Made by a program: the position numbers and the translations under genes
Assembly (NCBI GenBank): GCA_029259695.1
Contig: JAJDEQ010000062.1
Location: 4,620 to 68,619, forward strand
Length of the DNA stretch: 64,000 nt
Direction: 5' to 3'
Source of the DNA: Planctomycetota bacterium
GTDB lineage: Bacteria > Planctomycetota > B15-G4
Shown here: positions 48,164 through 57,595 of the stretch, in pieces
Numbering within the stretch: the stretch's first letter is position 1
How the letters are laid out: each line of letters opens with the position of its first letter
The notes under the pieces: model-generated
The model's database searches: none
Seen by the model: only the letters and a program-made list of their open reading frames with translations
What the model was told of the DNA's origin: nothing

Positions 48164-49342
48164 ATGAGCTGGCGCACGGTCGATCAATTGGCAGTCGAGG
48201 GCCGGCGGGTCCTGATCCGCCTCGACCTGAACGTGCCCCTGTCCGAGGGGCGCATCACGGACGACCTGCGCATCCGCGCGGCGCTGCCCACGGTGGTGTC
48301 CGTGGTGGAGCGCGGCGGCACGGCGATCTGCATGAGCCATCTCGGGCGCCCCAAGGGTGTCGACGACGCGCTGCGCATGACGCCCGTGGCGGCGCGCATG
48401 GCCGACCTGCTCGACCGGCAGGTCAGGGCCATCCCGGCGGTCGTGGGTGACGTCGCCACGAAGATGGTGGCCGAGTTGCCCACCGCTTCCGTGGGGCTGC
48501 TCGACAACCTGCGCTTCGATCCGGGCGAGAAGGCGAACGACCCGGACTTCGCCCGACAGCTTGCCGCCCTGGGCGACGCCTACGTCAACGACGCCTTCGG
48601 GACGGCGCACCGGGCCCATGCGTCGGTGGTGGGCGTGCCGATGCTGCTGGGCAGTGAGCACTGCGCGGCGGGATTCCTGCTGGGCAAGGAGCTGCAAGCC
48701 TTCGGGCGCGTGCTCGAGGATCCCGCGCGACCACTGCTGGCGATCCTGGGGGGCGCCAAGGTCTCCGACAAGCTGGCGGTGGTGCGCAACCTGCTCGCCC
48801 GCGTGGACGGCATCCTGGTGGGCGGGGCCATGGCCTACACCTTCCTCGCCGCCCGGGGCGACGGGGTCGGTGCGTCGCGCGTGGAGCAGGACTTCCTGAC
48901 GGAGTGTCGCGAGGTGCTGGCCGACGCCGAACGGCGCGGGGTGGAGATCCTGTTGCCGGTGGACCATCGCTGTGCGCCCGCGTTCGATTCGGACGCCGCC
49001 ACGGTGCTGACGGGTGCGATCCCCGACGGCCAGATGGGACTCGACATCGGTCCCGACACGGAGGGCCAGTACCGCGATCGCATCGCCTCGGCGGGCACGG
49101 TCGTCTGGAACGGACCGATGGGTGTGTTCGAGCGCGAGGCGTACGCGTCGGGCACGCGGGCCGTGGCCCAGGCCGTGGCCGACGCCGGGGCCTACACCGT
49201 GGTGGGCGGGGGTGACAGCGCGGCGGCGATCAAGGCCTTCGGCCTGGCCGACCGCGTCGACCACGTCTCGACCGGGGGCGGCGCGTCCCTCGAACTGCTG
49301 GAGGGCAAGCGCCTGCCCGGCATCGCTGCCCTGGAGCGCTGA
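48164..49342 (+). CDS. pgk: Phosphoglycerate kinase
   Basis: RLDLNVP, SHLGRP, NDAFGTAHR, GGAKVSDK, WNGPMGVFE, STGGGASLE; GGAGG SD. Confidence 0.97.
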   Translation: MSWRTVDQLAVEGRRVLIRLDLNVPLSEGRITDDLRIRAALPTVVSVVERGGTAICMSHLGRPKGVDDALRMTPVAARMADLLDRQVRAIPAVVGDVATKMVAELPTASVGLLDNLRFDPGEKANDPDFARQLAALGDAYVNDAFGTAHRAHASVVGVPMLLGSEHCAAGFLLGKELQAFGRVLEDPARPLLAILGGAKVSDKLAVVRNLLARVDGILVGGAMAYTFLAARGDGVGASRVEQDFLTECREVLADAERRGVEILLPVDHRCAPAFDSDAATVLTGAIPDGQMGLDIGPDTEGQYRDRIASAGTVVWNGPMGVFEREAYASGTRAVAQAVADAGAYTVVGGGDSAAAIKAFGLADRVDHVSTGGGASLELLEGKRLPGIAALER

Positions 49343-49467
49343 GGGGCCGCTGCTCGGGCCGCGCGACGGGCTTCCCGAAACCCGCGTGGGGCGCCTCAGG
49401 GGCGTTCGACCAGCCTGCACCGGCTCGGCCGGTGGCAATGACCGGTTCCCGGTGCGAGGATGGGGCC

Positions 49468-50133
49468 ATGACGATTCCCTCGGTGAAGATCGCGCCCTCG
49501 CTCCTGTCGGCGGACTTCGTGCGGCTCGCGCAGGACGTGGCGGCGGTCGAGGATGCCGGCGCCGACTGGTTGCACGTGGACGTCATGGACGGCCACTTCG
49601 TGCCCAACCTCACCATCGGCCTGCCCGTGGTGAAGGCACTCAAGGCCACCGCCCGGCGGCCGCTCGACGTGCACATCATGATCAGCAACCCGGTCGAGTA
49701 CGCCGAGCGCTACGTGGAGGCGGGGGCCGACATCCTCACCTGCCACGTCGAGACCGAGCCGGAGGCGCTGGACGCGATCCGGGCAGCGGGCGGGCGGGCC
49801 GGCCTGGCCGTGAACCCCGAGACGCCCATCGATCCCGTGCGCGAACTGCTCGACCGACTCGACATGGTGCTCGTCATGAGCGTGCACCCCGGCTTCGGCG
49901 GGCAGTCGTTCATGCCCGAGGTGCTGCCCAAGATCGAGCAACTGCGCAACTGGGGTTACGAGGGCGACGTGGAGATCGACGGGGGCATCTCGCCCAAGAC
50001 CATCGGTGATGCCGCGGCGGCGGGCGCGAACGTCTTCGTGTCGGGCTCGGGTGTGTTCGGCGCCGACGACTGGGCCGCCACCATCGCGAGCATGCGCCGG
50101 ACCGCCGAGCAGCGCCTGGGGGTCAACGTCTGA
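49468..50133 (+). CDS. rpe: Ribulose-phosphate 3-epimerase
   Basis: IAPSLLSADF, HVDVMDGHFVPN, MSVHPGFGGQSF, IDGG. Confidence 0.96.
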   Translation: MTIPSVKIAPSLLSADFVRLAQDVAAVEDAGADWLHVDVMDGHFVPNLTIGLPVVKALKATARRPLDVHIMISNPVEYAERYVEAGADILTCHVETEPEALDAIRAAGGRAGLAVNPETPIDPVRELLDRLDMVLVMSVHPGFGGQSFMPEVLPKIEQLRNWGYEGDVEIDGGISPKTIGDAAAAGANVFVSGSGVFGADDWAATIASMRRTAEQRLGVNV

Positions 50134-51116
50134 TGGCCTCCCTGCCCTGGCGCCGGCACCGCAAGAAGGACATCCCGGGCGAAGTCTTCGCTCGTTGTCC
50201 GAGCTGCGACGACACGATCTACGCCAAGGACCTGGACGACCGCATGAAGGTCTGTCCCAAGTGTGATCATCACTTCGCGATCTCCTCCCACCTGCGCATC
50301 GCCTACACCGTCGACCCGGCGACCTTCCGCGAACTCGACCTGGGCATGACCAGCGTCGACGCGCTGGACTTCGTGGACAACGGCAAGCCGTACGATCAGA
50401 AGCTCGTGGACTCGGCCGCCAAGACGGGCGTGCGCGAGGCCATGCGCTACGGCGTGGGACACATCGAGGGGCACGAGGTGGTCTTCGGCACGCTCGAGTT
50501 CCGCTTCATGGGCGGCAGCATGGGCGTGGTCGTGGGGGAGAAAGTCACCCGCGCGATCGAACTGGCCACCGATCGACGCCTGCCGCTGATCCTGGTGGCT
50601 GCTTCCGGCGGCGCGCGCATGCACGAGGGCATCCTCTCGTTGATGCAGATGGCCAAGACCTGCTCGGCCCTGGCGCGCTTCCGCGAGGAGGGCGGCTTCA
50701 ACATCTCGATCTGCACCCATCCCACCACCGGCGGCGTGACCGCCTCGTGGGCCATGACGGCTGACGTGATCATCGCCGAACCCGGCGCGCTGATCGGCTT
50801 CGCCGGACCGCGCGTGATCGAGGGCACGATCAAGAAGAAGCTGCCGGCCGACTTCCAGACGGCGGAGTTCCTGCTCGAGAAGGGCCAGGTCGACATGATC
50901 GTGCCGCGCATGGAGATGCGTACCACGCTGGCTCAGCTCCTGGCGTACACACGTGTCGAGCGCCACGGCCAGCCGCAGGAGCCGGGTGCCACCGGTGGCG
51001 GGTCGCAGCGCCCCACGTCCGGCGACGATCCGTCAGCCGAGCGCGGGTCGGGGCCGCGCGATGCGGCCCACACCAACGGCGGGCCCCGCACCAACCTCGG
51101 CCGACCGCCGGCCTGA
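50133..51116 (+). CDS. accD: Acetyl-CoA carboxylase carboxyltransferase beta subunit
   Basis: CPSC..CPKC zinc finger, FMGGSMG, SGGARMHEG, PTTGGVTAS, GFAGPRVI. Confidence 0.96.
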   Translation: MASLPWRRHRKKDIPGEVFARCPSCDDTIYAKDLDDRMKVCPKCDHHFAISSHLRIAYTVDPATFRELDLGMTSVDALDFVDNGKPYDQKLVDSAAKTGVREAMRYGVGHIEGHEVVFGTLEFRFMGGSMGVVVGEKVTRAIELATDRRLPLILVAASGGARMHEGILSLMQMAKTCSALARFREEGGFNISICTHPTTGGVTASWAMTADVIIAEPGALIGFAGPRVIEGTIKKKLPADFQTAEFLLEKGQVDMIVPRMEMRTTLAQLLAYTRVERHGQPQEPGATGGGSQRPTSGDDPSAERGSGPRDAAHTNGGPRTNLGRPPA

Positions 51117-51197
51117 CGCGCCGACCTCGGGGCGGGGCCGGACGGGGGCGGGATCCGGATCACCGGTGCGTCTGCGAGGAGCGCCGGCACTCCCGGG

Positions 51198-51226
51198 TTG
51201 CGCCGGCCCCCGGGCCTGCCTAGACT
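51198..51226 (+). promoter_or_regulatory. Sigma70 promoter of tRNA-Asn
   Basis: TTGCGC-17 bp-TAGACT. Confidence 0.6.
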
Positions 51227-51245
51227 CCCTCGCTGCTGACCCGGA

Positions 51246-51322
51246 TCCCCAGTAGCTCAGTTGGTTAGAGCATCTGACTGTTAATCAGAGGGTCGTTGGT
51301 TCGAGTCCAACCTGGGGAGCCA
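51246..51322 (+). tRNA. tRNA-Asn (GTT)
   Basis: Acceptor TCCCCAG/CTGGGGA-G-CCA; D arm GCTC..GAGC; anticodon stem TCTGA/TCAGA with loop CTGTTAA; T loop GTTCGAG. Confidence 0.97.
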
Positions 51323-51391
51323 TCGCCCGCCGTTCCGGCGGTGCGCGCGGGGCAGGCAGCGCCACGCAGGCGTGCGCGGGAGGCGGACCGG

Positions 51392-52324
51392 ATGGCGCGA
51401 GCAGACGACGACCGCGGCTTCGTGGACCCGGCTCGGCACCTGCGCGACGAGGACAGCGCCTACGGGTTCGCGGGTGGTGACATCCTGCATCCGTCCGACC
51501 TCAACGTCGACGAGGGGCGGGCCTTCGCGCACGCGCTGGCGATCGCCGTGCGCCTGCAGTCGCGACTGACCCTGCTGCACGCCGGCCCGCGCTCGCAGGC
51601 CATCGATGGCCGGGCTTTCCCCCACGTCCGCGAGACCCTGACGCGCTGGGGCCTGCTCGACCGGGGAAGCTCCCCGGAGGACGTCTACGACGAGCTCGGC
51701 CTGGACGTGAAGAAGCTGTCCAAGCGCAGCAAGGGCCCGATGGCAGCGATCCAGGAGCAGATCGACACCCGACCCGTGGACATGCTGGTACTGGCGACGC
51801 GCGGAGCCCAGGGTCTGCCGCCGTGGCTGAAGCACTCCGTATCAGACCAACTGGCGAAGCGCGCCATGGCGCGAACGCTGTTCGTGCCCCGGGACGTTCC
51901 GGGCTTCGTGTCGCTGAGTGACGGCTCGATCAACCTGCGGCGCGTGCTCGTCCCGCTTGCGCCCGACATCGATCCGCGCTTCGCGACCTTCGCCGCCCCG
52001 CGCTTTCCCCAGGTGCTGGGTCAGGCGGACGTGGAGTTCCTGGCGCTCCAGGTGACCGAGGGCGACGACGAACCACCCGCCGTCGAGCTGCCGCCGACGA
52101 GTCCGGCGGGGACCTGGTCACAGCAGACCCGTCGGGGCCAGCCCGCGGCCGAGATCATCGCGGCCGCCCGTGAGTGGCAGGCCGACGTGATCGTGATGAT
52201 CACCGAGGGCGCCCATGGGGTGCTGGATGCGCTGCGCGGGAGCACCACGACCCAGGTACTGCACCGCGCACCGTGCCCGCTGATGGCGGTCCCCGCGAAC
52301 CTGTTCCAGCCCGCGTCGCGCTGA
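51392..52324 (+). CDS. Universal stress protein (tandem USP domains)
   Basis: ILHPSD, DMLVLATRG..G...SVS; DVIVMITEG.HG..GSTT.QVLHRAPCPLMAVP. Confidence 0.88.
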   Translation: MARADDDRGFVDPARHLRDEDSAYGFAGGDILHPSDLNVDEGRAFAHALAIAVRLQSRLTLLHAGPRSQAIDGRAFPHVRETLTRWGLLDRGSSPEDVYDELGLDVKKLSKRSKGPMAAIQEQIDTRPVDMLVLATRGAQGLPPWLKHSVSDQLAKRAMARTLFVPRDVPGFVSLSDGSINLRRVLVPLAPDIDPRFATFAAPRFPQVLGQADVEFLALQVTEGDDEPPAVELPPTSPAGTWSQQTRRGQPAAEIIAAAREWQADVIVMITEGAHGVLDALRGSTTTQVLHRAPCPLMAVPANLFQPASR

Positions 52325-52509
52325 GCGAGGTCGCTGCGGTCACGCGACGTGCCTGCGCGCATGTTGGAGCCGTCGTCGCGAGCCGAGCCGCCCTGACCCG
52401 GCGCGAGCCGCTGCGGATGTGAGATCGGGCCCACCGCACGCGCGGCAGACCCGATCTCGAACGGCGTCTTGCCCGACCGATCAGGGCCGGGCGAGGTCGC
52501 GCACGGGGC

Positions 52510-53448
52510 TCAGCCCTCGTCGGCCATGGCGCGCTTGCCCTTGAGCATGTTGGCCAGGCCGCCCTTCATCTGGGCGATCATGGGGTCGCTGCCGTCGTCC
52601 AGTTCCTCGAGCCTCTCGAGGCACGCGTCGGCCTGCTCCAGCTCGTCGGTCATGCCGTACGCGAAGCCAAGCCAGAGGTGGAACTCGGCGACCTTGTCGA
52701 TCGACGGGCGTGTGGTGCGCAGCTTGGCGGCATCGGCCTTCATGGCGTCCCAGTCCGGCTCGGCGCCCTTGAGGTAGCGCTCCTTCCACTCACCCAGGGA
52801 CTCGCGTGCCAGGACCAGGTGCGAGTCCTGCGGATCGAGCGAACGCACGGTGTCGAGGACCTGCGTGCGCAGGTCGCCGGCGACGTTGCCGTAGAGCTCG
52901 TAGGCGGCTTCCAGGCGCTCGCCCTGAGCGGCCTCGCCGCGGGTGCGCAGGCGCTTCACGGCGGCCGTGAGCATCGTGCGCTCGTCGCCCGTGCGGAACT
53001 CGTCGAGGTGCTCGTTGTAGGCCTCGGGACCGCCGGGCTGGTAGCCGGTGCGCCCGTAGGCCACGCCTTCAGCCGTCATCAGCAGGATGGTCGGGAAGCC
53101 CTGGATGTTGAAGGCCGCCTGGTGTTCGCTGTTCCTGGCGTGCAGGTCCTCGGGCATCGCCTTCCAGGTCTCCCCGTCCTGGGTGGGGAAGTCGAGCGCC
53201 ACGAGCACGAAGTGCTCGTCGGCGTAGGCCCGGAACTCGTCCTTGGCGAAGACCTCCTCGTCGAGCTTGATGCACCAGCCGCACCAGTCGGAGCCGGTGA
53301 AGTCCACCAGCAGGTCCTTGTTCTCCGCCTTGGCCTTCTCGAGGGCGGGGAGCAGATCGGGGTGCCAGCTGCTGTCGCCGGCCGTGGCCAGCGGTGCGAG
53401 GGCGAGGGCCGCGAGCGCGGCCGCAAGAGAGGGGCGGAGGAGGTTCAT
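52510..53448 (-). CDS. Exported thioredoxin-fold protein (DsbH-like) with helical C-terminus
   Basis: Signal peptide (ATA-G); FTGSDWCGWC; GFPT cis-Pro loop. Confidence 0.85.
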   Translation of the reverse strand: MNLLRPSLAAALAALALAPLATAGDSSWHPDLLPALEKAKAENKDLLVDFTGSDWCGWCIKLDEEVFAKDEFRAYADEHFVLVALDFPTQDGETWKAMPEDLHARNSEHQAAFNIQGFPTILLMTAEGVAYGRTGYQPGGPEAYNEHLDEFRTGDERTMLTAAVKRLRTRGEAAQGERLEAAYELYGNVAGDLRTQVLDTVRSLDPQDSHLVLARESLGEWKERYLKGAEPDWDAMKADAAKLRTTRPSIDKVAEFHLWLGFAYGMTDELEQADACLERLEELDDGSDPMIAQMKGGLANMLKGKRAMADEG

Positions 53449-53650
53449 GCGTGTTCCGTTCAATGGGTGCCGGCCACTGTTCCGGGCCGGTCCGGGGGGC
53501 AAGGGCGCCTCAGGCGCAGGAGTGGCAGGTCGCTGACGCTCCCGGCTTCGACTGTCTGTTCGCGGATGATGTTCCAGGGCTGCGACGATGATCGCAATGA
53601 ATGAGTCGTTCAGATGCGCGAATCGCAGGGCCCGTTCGAGGAGAAAGTGC

Positions 53651-54886
53651 ATGTTCGTGGGGCACAAGCGAGGATTCGGCCCGGATCGGGGCGCCGGGCG
53701 CCGGCTCGTGGCGGCATGCTGGCTCGCCGGCATCCTGGCCCTCGGCTGCCGACAGGCGGTGCCGGAAGCGGTGCAGGACGCGGCTTCGGCGGGCGCTGAC
53801 TTCGTCGCCCTGCGGGAGCCGGTCCTGGACCACGTGGTGGAGCGGCAGGGCGATGGGGACCTGTATCGGGTCCGGCGCTGGGCGTCTGGAGCGGACCCCG
53901 GGACGGCGCCGGGCGAGGTCTTCTGCACGGGCTCGCTCGACGTCTGCGAGCGGGCCCTGGTGGCCAGCCTGGAAGAGCGCCACGGCACGGGGCTGCTCAA
54001 TCTCCCGGTGGCCACCCTGGGCGCGAAGCAGTTCTGGGCCGACGTGTTCTGGTGGTCGGACTGGCGCATCCAGGAGAACGTCTACACCGGTCACGCGCGC
54101 CTGCTCGACCCCGGGGACGTGCGTCGGGCATGGGGCACGTCCGAGGCCTGCCGCACCGCGTTCGAGCGCCAACGGGTGCAGCACGGCGTGCCCGCGCCCC
54201 GTGAGGAACTCGTGCTGCTGCTCCACGGCCTGGGGCGTTCGCGCACCGCCCTCGCGCCGTTGGTCGAGGGGTTGCGCGCAGGTGGACGAGACGTCGTCAA
54301 CGTGAGCTACCCGAGCACGCGACGCTCGCTGGCCGAACACGCGGCCCAGGTGTCGCGCCTGCTCGACGCCATGCCCGAAGCACGGCGCGTGTCGTTCGTG
54401 ACCCACAGTCTGGGCGGACTCGTGGCACGCCAGGTGCTCGGGGACGGTGGCGACTGGAGTGAGCGCCACAGCGTGGGCCGTCTGGTCATGCTCGCGCCGC
54501 CCAGTCGAGGCTCCGCGTTGGCCGACGGGCTGGCGGAGTGGTTGCCGTTCCGGATCATCGCCGGTCCCTCGGGCCAGGACGTCACCTCCGCCGGCGCGGC
54601 CAACGTGCCGCTGCCGACCTGCGAGTTCGCCGTGATCGCTGCCAGCGGTCCGTTCGAGGACGGCTGGAATCCGGTCGTGCCCGGCGACGACGACGCCGTG
54701 GTGTCCGTGGAGGAGACCTGGCTGCAGGGTGTCGACGCCTTCCTCGTCGTCGAGAGCACGCACACCTTCATCATGCAGGAGCCGGAGGTCGGGCGGGCGG
54801 TGCAGCGCTTCCTCGACACCGGCAGCTTCGACGACGCGTCCGAACCCAGCGGCGACGAGCCCGAACTCAGCGACGACGCACGGTGA
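53651..54886 (+). CDS. Alpha/beta-hydrolase (lipase/esterase-like) lipoprotein
   Basis: GAGGAG SD; LALGC lipobox; LLHGLG, THSLGG nucleophile elbow, DDAVV, HTFIM. Confidence 0.82.
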   Translation: MFVGHKRGFGPDRGAGRRLVAACWLAGILALGCRQAVPEAVQDAASAGADFVALREPVLDHVVERQGDGDLYRVRRWASGADPGTAPGEVFCTGSLDVCERALVASLEERHGTGLLNLPVATLGAKQFWADVFWWSDWRIQENVYTGHARLLDPGDVRRAWGTSEACRTAFERQRVQHGVPAPREELVLLLHGLGRSRTALAPLVEGLRAGGRDVVNVSYPSTRRSLAEHAAQVSRLLDAMPEARRVSFVTHSLGGLVARQVLGDGGDWSERHSVGRLVMLAPPSRGSALADGLAEWLPFRIIAGPSGQDVTSAGAANVPLPTCEFAVIAASGPFEDGWNPVVPGDDDAVVSVEETWLQGVDAFLVVESTHTFIMQEPEVGRAVQRFLDTGSFDDASEPSGDEPELSDDAR

Positions 54887-56048
54887 GTCCGCGGCGCACG
54901 GCCTCCGACGGGTAGAAGGTGCCGCGCCAGCGGATGCCTCCGCGCCAGGTCCCGATGATCGCGCCCCGCAGCAACACGTAGGCGAACAGCAGCGTGCCCA
55001 GGGGGCTGAGCAGCGTGGGCAGGAGCGGTCGTCGCGCCCAACGGGCCATGCCCCAACCGGTGGCCAGGCCCACCAGCAGGGTGCAGGCGCCGAGCACGCG
55101 CAGCCAGCCGGCGTCGCCCGCGAGTGCAACCCACGGCGCAGCCTCCACGCCGAGCAGCACGACGACGGCGCACAGGGCCCGCAGCAAGCTGCACTCCAGC
55201 ACCGCGAACGTGTTCTTCTCGAGGCCGCGGGCCAGTTCGGGGAACGAGTGGTACCAATCGACGCTCACGAGACCCGTGGCCGAGACCAGCATCGGTCGCG
55301 CCCCGGCACGTTTGAGCAGTCGTCCCAGCGCAAAGTCGTCCGCGACGTCGAACCGGATCGCTTCGAAGCCCGGCGTGCGCTCGAGCGCGGTGCGGCGGAC
55401 CAGGTTGAATGCGCCCACCCCGGCGAAGGCATCCGACGCCGGATCGCTGACGGCCCACAAGCGCCCCCCCAGGGCCAGCATGCGCGAGAAGGTGGCGACC
55501 ACGCTGTCGAGCAACAAGCCCTGCGTGCCGACGTCGGGGAAACCGACGACGTGGTCGGCGCCCCGGGCTTCGGCGATCTCCACGGCACGGCGCATGGTGC
55601 CCGCCTCGATGTGCACGTCCGCATCGGTGAACAGCAACCAGTCGCCCCGTGCGCGGGTCGCGCCGCAGTGCAGGGCGTGGGGCTTGCCCATCCATCCGTC
55701 GGGCAGGCTCTCGATGTGCACGGCCGTGATGCGTGGCTCGGCGGCGGCGAGGCGATCGACCAGCGCGGGTGTGTCGTCGTCGGAGCGGTCGTCGACCAGG
55801 ACGATCTCGAGCTGCGGGTCGTCGTCGGCCAGCCAGCTCGCGGCCGCGTTCGGCAGCGTCGCGGCCTCGTTGCGTGCCGGCACGATCAGGGAGATCCGCG
55901 CGGGGACACGGGCCGCCGGAGCGGGCGGTCGCGGCATGTCGGCCAGGCGCGGAATGGCCCGCGCGGTCCGGAGCCCGAACCAGGCGCCCACGAACCACGC
56001 GCAACACCCCGCGGCGGCCAGGCAGGCGATCACGGTCGTGGCGGTCAC
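54867..56048 (-). CDS. Glycosyltransferase family 2, membrane-bound
   Basis: IVPARNE, VDDRSDD, GWMGKPHA, FTDAD, ADDFALG; C-terminal TMs, WRG; GTGA overlap start. Confidence 0.88.
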   Translation of the reverse strand: MTATTVIACLAAAGCCAWFVGAWFGLRTARAIPRLADMPRPPAPAARVPARISLIVPARNEAATLPNAAASWLADDDPQLEIVLVDDRSDDDTPALVDRLAAAEPRITAVHIESLPDGWMGKPHALHCGATRARGDWLLFTDADVHIEAGTMRRAVEIAEARGADHVVGFPDVGTQGLLLDSVVATFSRMLALGGRLWAVSDPASDAFAGVGAFNLVRRTALERTPGFEAIRFDVADDFALGRLLKRAGARPMLVSATGLVSVDWYHSFPELARGLEKNTFAVLECSLLRALCAVVVLLGVEAAPWVALAGDAGWLRVLGACTLLVGLATGWGMARWARRPLLPTLLSPLGTLLFAYVLLRGAIIGTWRGGIRWRGTFYPSEAVRRGLTVRRR

Positions 56049-56233
56049 TCCGACTCGGCCTCGCTCTCGAGTTCCACCTGCCCGCCGGCCCCGACGCGCA
56101 CCCGGATCAGATGCGGCCGACAACACACCGGGCAGTCCTCGACGTACTCCTGCATCGAACCCGCCGACAGGTCCACGCTGACCACGATCTCCTCACCGCA
56201 ATGGGCGCACACATAGCTCGCCTCGGTGAGCAC
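56045..56233 (-). CDS. CPXCG-motif cysteine-rich small protein
   Basis: CAHCGE..VDLSAG..QEYVEDCPVCCRP. Confidence 0.85.
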   Translation of the reverse strand: MLTEASYVCAHCGEEIVVSVDLSAGSMQEYVEDCPVCCRPHLIRVRVGAGGQVELESEAESE

Positions 56234-56239
56234 GGCGAG

Positions 56240-57337
56240 TCAGCTCGGCGCCTGGGAACGACGGCGCCGGCGCTCGTGGAACGCCCGGGCCTCGGCGCAC
56301 TCGTCGGCCAGCAGGTCGTCCAGTCGTCCCGTGATCGCGCTGTTGTCGCCGCGCGGGTAGTCCTCCAGGCGCTGGGCGTAGTCGGGGACGCGGTAGAGGA
56401 AGTCACCCAGCACATCGCGCCCGGCGTCGCCCCCGTTGCGGCCGTATCCCAGCTCGTCGAGCAGCAGGGCGTTGAGCTCCTGCTCGAACTGGCCGCGCAT
56501 GGGCAGGGCCAGGTACGGCTTGCCCAGGTGCAGCGCCTCGGTCATCAGGGTGAAGCCGGCGGTCGCCACCACGGCCTTCGCGGAAGCCAGGTCGTCCAGG
56601 AATCCCTGGCGGCTGAACGGCTTGAACTCGAGGTTGCCCTGGCGACCCTCCCGCGGCGCGCCGTAGACGACGAAGTGTTCCCGCGGTGCATCGCGCAGGG
56701 ACTCCAGGAAGCCCTCGAAGGCCTGGGTGAAGTAGACCAGGACGTGGTCGCCCGTGCTCGGGCGCAGCTCGTGCACCGCACGGCGCAGGATCGGTGGGAA
56801 CAGGAAGGTGCGCTCGTTGGTCACGTCCCCGAACCAGAAGGTCGTCACCAGGGAGACATCGGGGCGCGGGACGAGGGCGCGGATCACGGTCTCGGTGACG
56901 AGGGCGTCCTTCTTGAGCCGGCTTGGAACCGGGTAGCGCATGTAGCGCATGCGGTGCTGGTTGTCGAGGCTCACCAGCGGCAGGTCGTGGTGTTGTGCGA
57001 GGTAGGCGGTCATCGGCTCGAAGTCGGTGATGACCAGCTGCGGCGCGAAGTCGTCGAACAACTGCGCGCGCAGTTCGCGCAACTTGCGCACGCCGTCGGA
57101 GAGCCGCCGCAGATTGTCGGTGAAGGTCTTCACGACCGAGACCCGGTTCTCGACGCTGGTGATGTGCAACCCCTCGGTCTCGAAGACGTCGAAGTCGGCA
57201 GCGAGGTTGCGGTAACCCCTGTCGTAGCTCACGCCGCGGACCGTGTGGCCCGCCGCGATCAGGTGCGTGAACATCTCCCGGGCCCTCGAGGAGTGTCCCG
57301 ACCCCTCACCCGAGAATCCGTACACGATGCGCGCCAT
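56240..57337 (-). CDS. MJ1255/VC2487-family GT-B glycosyltransferase
   Basis: YGFSGEGSGHSSRA, ITDFEP, LDNQH, AGFTLMTEALHLGKP, QFEQELNA. Confidence 0.85.
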   Translation of the reverse strand: MARIVYGFSGEGSGHSSRAREMFTHLIAAGHTVRGVSYDRGYRNLAADFDVFETEGLHITSVENRVSVVKTFTDNLRRLSDGVRKLRELRAQLFDDFAPQLVITDFEPMTAYLAQHHDLPLVSLDNQHRMRYMRYPVPSRLKKDALVTETVIRALVPRPDVSLVTTFWFGDVTNERTFLFPPILRRAVHELRPSTGDHVLVYFTQAFEGFLESLRDAPREHFVVYGAPREGRQGNLEFKPFSRQGFLDDLASAKAVVATAGFTLMTEALHLGKPYLALPMRGQFEQELNALLLDELGYGRNGGDAGRDVLGDFLYRVPDYAQRLEDYPRGDNSAITGRLDDLLADECAEARAFHERRRRRSQAPS

Positions 57338-57344
57338 GGCGGCG

Positions 57345-57373
57345 ACCGTACGTGAGCGCGGGGCGGGTCACAA
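57345..57373 (-). promoter_or_regulatory. Promoter for the GT operon (likely leaderless)
   Basis: Minus strand TTGTGA-17 bp-TACGGT, 7 nt before ATG. Confidence 0.55.
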
Positions 57374-57595
57374 CCAGGACCGGCGCGGAGTTGGCCGTGA
57401 CGGGCCGGCTGGTCGTGGCCGGATCGGCAGGGGGGGGGGCTCGCGGCCGCGCCAGGGCCGGACAGCGCCGTGACGCTGCCGGACCACCCTGGTACCGTCT
57501 GCGCTTCCCCGAGACGCGCGACGTCGCCGAGTGCAGCATTGTGGGATCCCGCCCGCGGCCACGCGACCACGCCTTCCCGACCCGGAGTGCCTGTG

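Noticed and set aside
51246-57337. tRNA-Asn as an integration site for a genomic island
   Set aside because: No integrase, no duplicated tRNA 3' end seen, and no obvious compositional shift
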